DNA of 64,000 nucleotides, taken from assembly GCA_951406725.2 (NCBI GenBank), contig OX597826.1:41230001-41294000 (forward strand). Reading direction: 5' to 3'. Source of the DNA: Octopus vulgaris. Lineage: Eukaryota. Position 1 is the first letter of the stretch; each line of letters begins with the position of its first letter. The position numbers and the translations under genes are program-made. Under the pieces are notes generated by a model. The model did not search any database. It was not told the DNA's origin and saw only the letters and a list, made by a program, of their open reading frames with translations. Shown in pieces: positions 62,481-64,000 of the stretch.

Positions 62481-64000
62481 ATCATCATCATTTAGCGTCC
62501 GTTTTCCATGCTAGCATGGGTTGGACGGTTCAACTGGGGTCTGTGAAGCTGGAAGGCTTCGTCAGGCCCAGTTAGATCTGGCAGTGTTTCTACGGCTGGA
62601 TGCCCTTCCTAACGCCAACCACTCCGTGAGTGTAGTGGGTGTTTTTTACGTGCCACCTGCACAGGTGCCAGACAGAGCTGGCAAACGGCCACGAACGGAT
62701 GGTACTTTTACGTGCCACCGACATGGGGCCAGACAGAGCTGGCAAACGGCCACGAACGGATGGTGCTTTTACGTGCCACCGACACGGGGCCAGACAAAGC
62801 TGGCAAACGGCCACGAACGGACGGTGCTTTTACGTGTCACCGGCACGGGGGCCAGCCGAGGCTGGCAACGGACACGAACGTGTGGTGCTTTTATGAGCCA
62901 CCGACACAGGGCCAGACAGAGCTGGCAAACGGCCACGAACGGACGGTGCTTTTACGTGTCACCGGCACGGGGGCCAGCCGAGGCTGGCAACGGACACGAA
63001 CGGATGGTGCTTTTACGTGCCACCGACACGGGGCCAGACAGAGCTGGCAAACAGCCACGAACGGACGGTGCTTTTACGTGTCACCGGCACGGGGGCCAGG
63101 CGAGGCTGGCAACAGACACGAACGGATGGTGCTTTTACGTGCCATTGACACGGGGGCCAGACAGAGCTGGCAAACGGCCACGAACGGATGGTGCTTTTAC
63201 GTGTCACCGGCACGGGGGCCAGGCGAGGCTGGCAACAGACACGAACGGATGGTGCTTTTACGTGCCATTGACACGGGGGCCAGACAGAGCTGGCAAACGG
63301 CCACGAACGGATGGTGCTTTTACGTGTCACCAGCACGGGCCAGGCGAGGCTGGCAATGGACACGAACGGATGGTGCTTTTACGTGCCACCGACATGGGGG
63401 CCAGACAGAGCTGGCAAACGGCCACGAGCGAATGGTGCTTTTACGTATCACCGACACGGGTGCCAGATGAGGCTGGCAGCGGACACGAACGGATGGTTCA
63501 CTTAACCCCTGCTTTCTGATATATAATTTGATTTTGATTGTTCTCACTGGTCTTGCCAGGTCTTCTGACGCACAGCATACTTCCATAGGTCTCGGTCTCT
63601 GGTCATTTCCTTGGTGAGACCTAGAGTTCGAAGGTCGTGCTTCACCACCTCGACCCAAGTTTTCCTGGGTCTACCTCTTCCACAGGTCCCCTCAACTGCC
63701 AGGGTGTGGCACTTTTTCACACACCTATCTTCATCCATTCTCACCACATGACCATACCAGCGCAATCGTCTCTCTTGCACACAACATCTGATGCCTCTTG
63801 GGTCCAACTTTTCTCTCAAGGTACTTACACTCTGTCGACTATGAACACTGACATTACACATCCAATGGAGCATACTAGCTTCATTTCTTGCGAGCTTACG
63901 CAAATCCTCAGCAGTCACAGCCCAAGTTTCACTACCATGTAGCATGGCTGTATGTACACATGCATCATACAGTCTGCCTTTTACTTTGAGCGAGAGGCCT
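62481..64000 (-). mobile_element. Young-looking RTE LINE (ORF2 C-terminus, stop at 63544, and expanded 3' UTR); continues beyond the window
   Basis: MLHGSETWAV...ERRLRWYGHVVRM...GRGRPRKTW...TRDRDLWKYAV is an RTE ORF2 C-terminus without stops; (GAT)n 3' end at 62481. Confidence 0.93.
62641..63497. repeat. Tandem array of 14 GC-rich ~61-bp units in the RTE 3' UTR, order AAA(BA)5B
   Basis: A = GCTTTTACGTGCCACCGACACGGGGCCAGACAGAGCTGGCAAACGGCCACGAACGGATGGT; B = GCTTTTACGTGTCACCGGCACGGGGGCCAGGCGAGGCTGGCAACGGACACGAACGGATGGT. Confidence 0.95.

Noticed and set aside
62641-63497. CRISPR-like appearance of the regularly spaced repeats
   Set aside because: Whole units are repeated with no unique spacers, no cas genes are present, and the array lies inside a eukaryotic LINE 3' UTR.
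62521-63519. 332-aa and 252-aa ORFs on the + strand
   Set aside because: They arise from a GC-rich, stop-poor tandem repeat read antisense to the LINE; the translations just cycle through the three frames of the unit.

Overview
AT-rich, microsatellite- and transposon-dense animal genomic DNA, most consistent with an octopus (coleoid cephalopod); this assignment is inferred from repeat families and composition. Two spliced housekeeping genes face each other tail to tail. On the + strand is a PHRF1-like gene (RING + PHD + acidic/RS/Pro-rich region + C-terminal SRI-like domain): 13 phase-consistent exons from ATG 4427 to stop 35293 give 2034 aa, and a probable further exon lies at 3311-3347. On the - strand are the last 10 exons of GTF2H1 (TFIIH p62, 62290 to 47758, 405 aa; its 5' exons lie outside the window). 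Introns and the intergenic region hold at least four tRNA-derived SINE families, RTE, CR1-like, CRE-like and HERO-like LINE fragments, a Tc1/mariner relic, mariner and piggyBac MITEs, and decayed Penelope-type hammerhead ribozymes. The most unusual signals are: (1) a 14-unit array of ~61-bp hairpins with A/B dimer structure in an RTE 3' UTR; (2) hammerhead core motifs in a non-canonical, pseudoknotted order in the HERO-like 3' UTR; (3) inverted RTE tails that bracket frame-symmetric exon blocks of GTF2H1; (4) a candidate cassette exon, a duplicated splice donor and a poly-A frame break in PHRF1. All alignments, folds and family assignments were done by eye; no database search was run.
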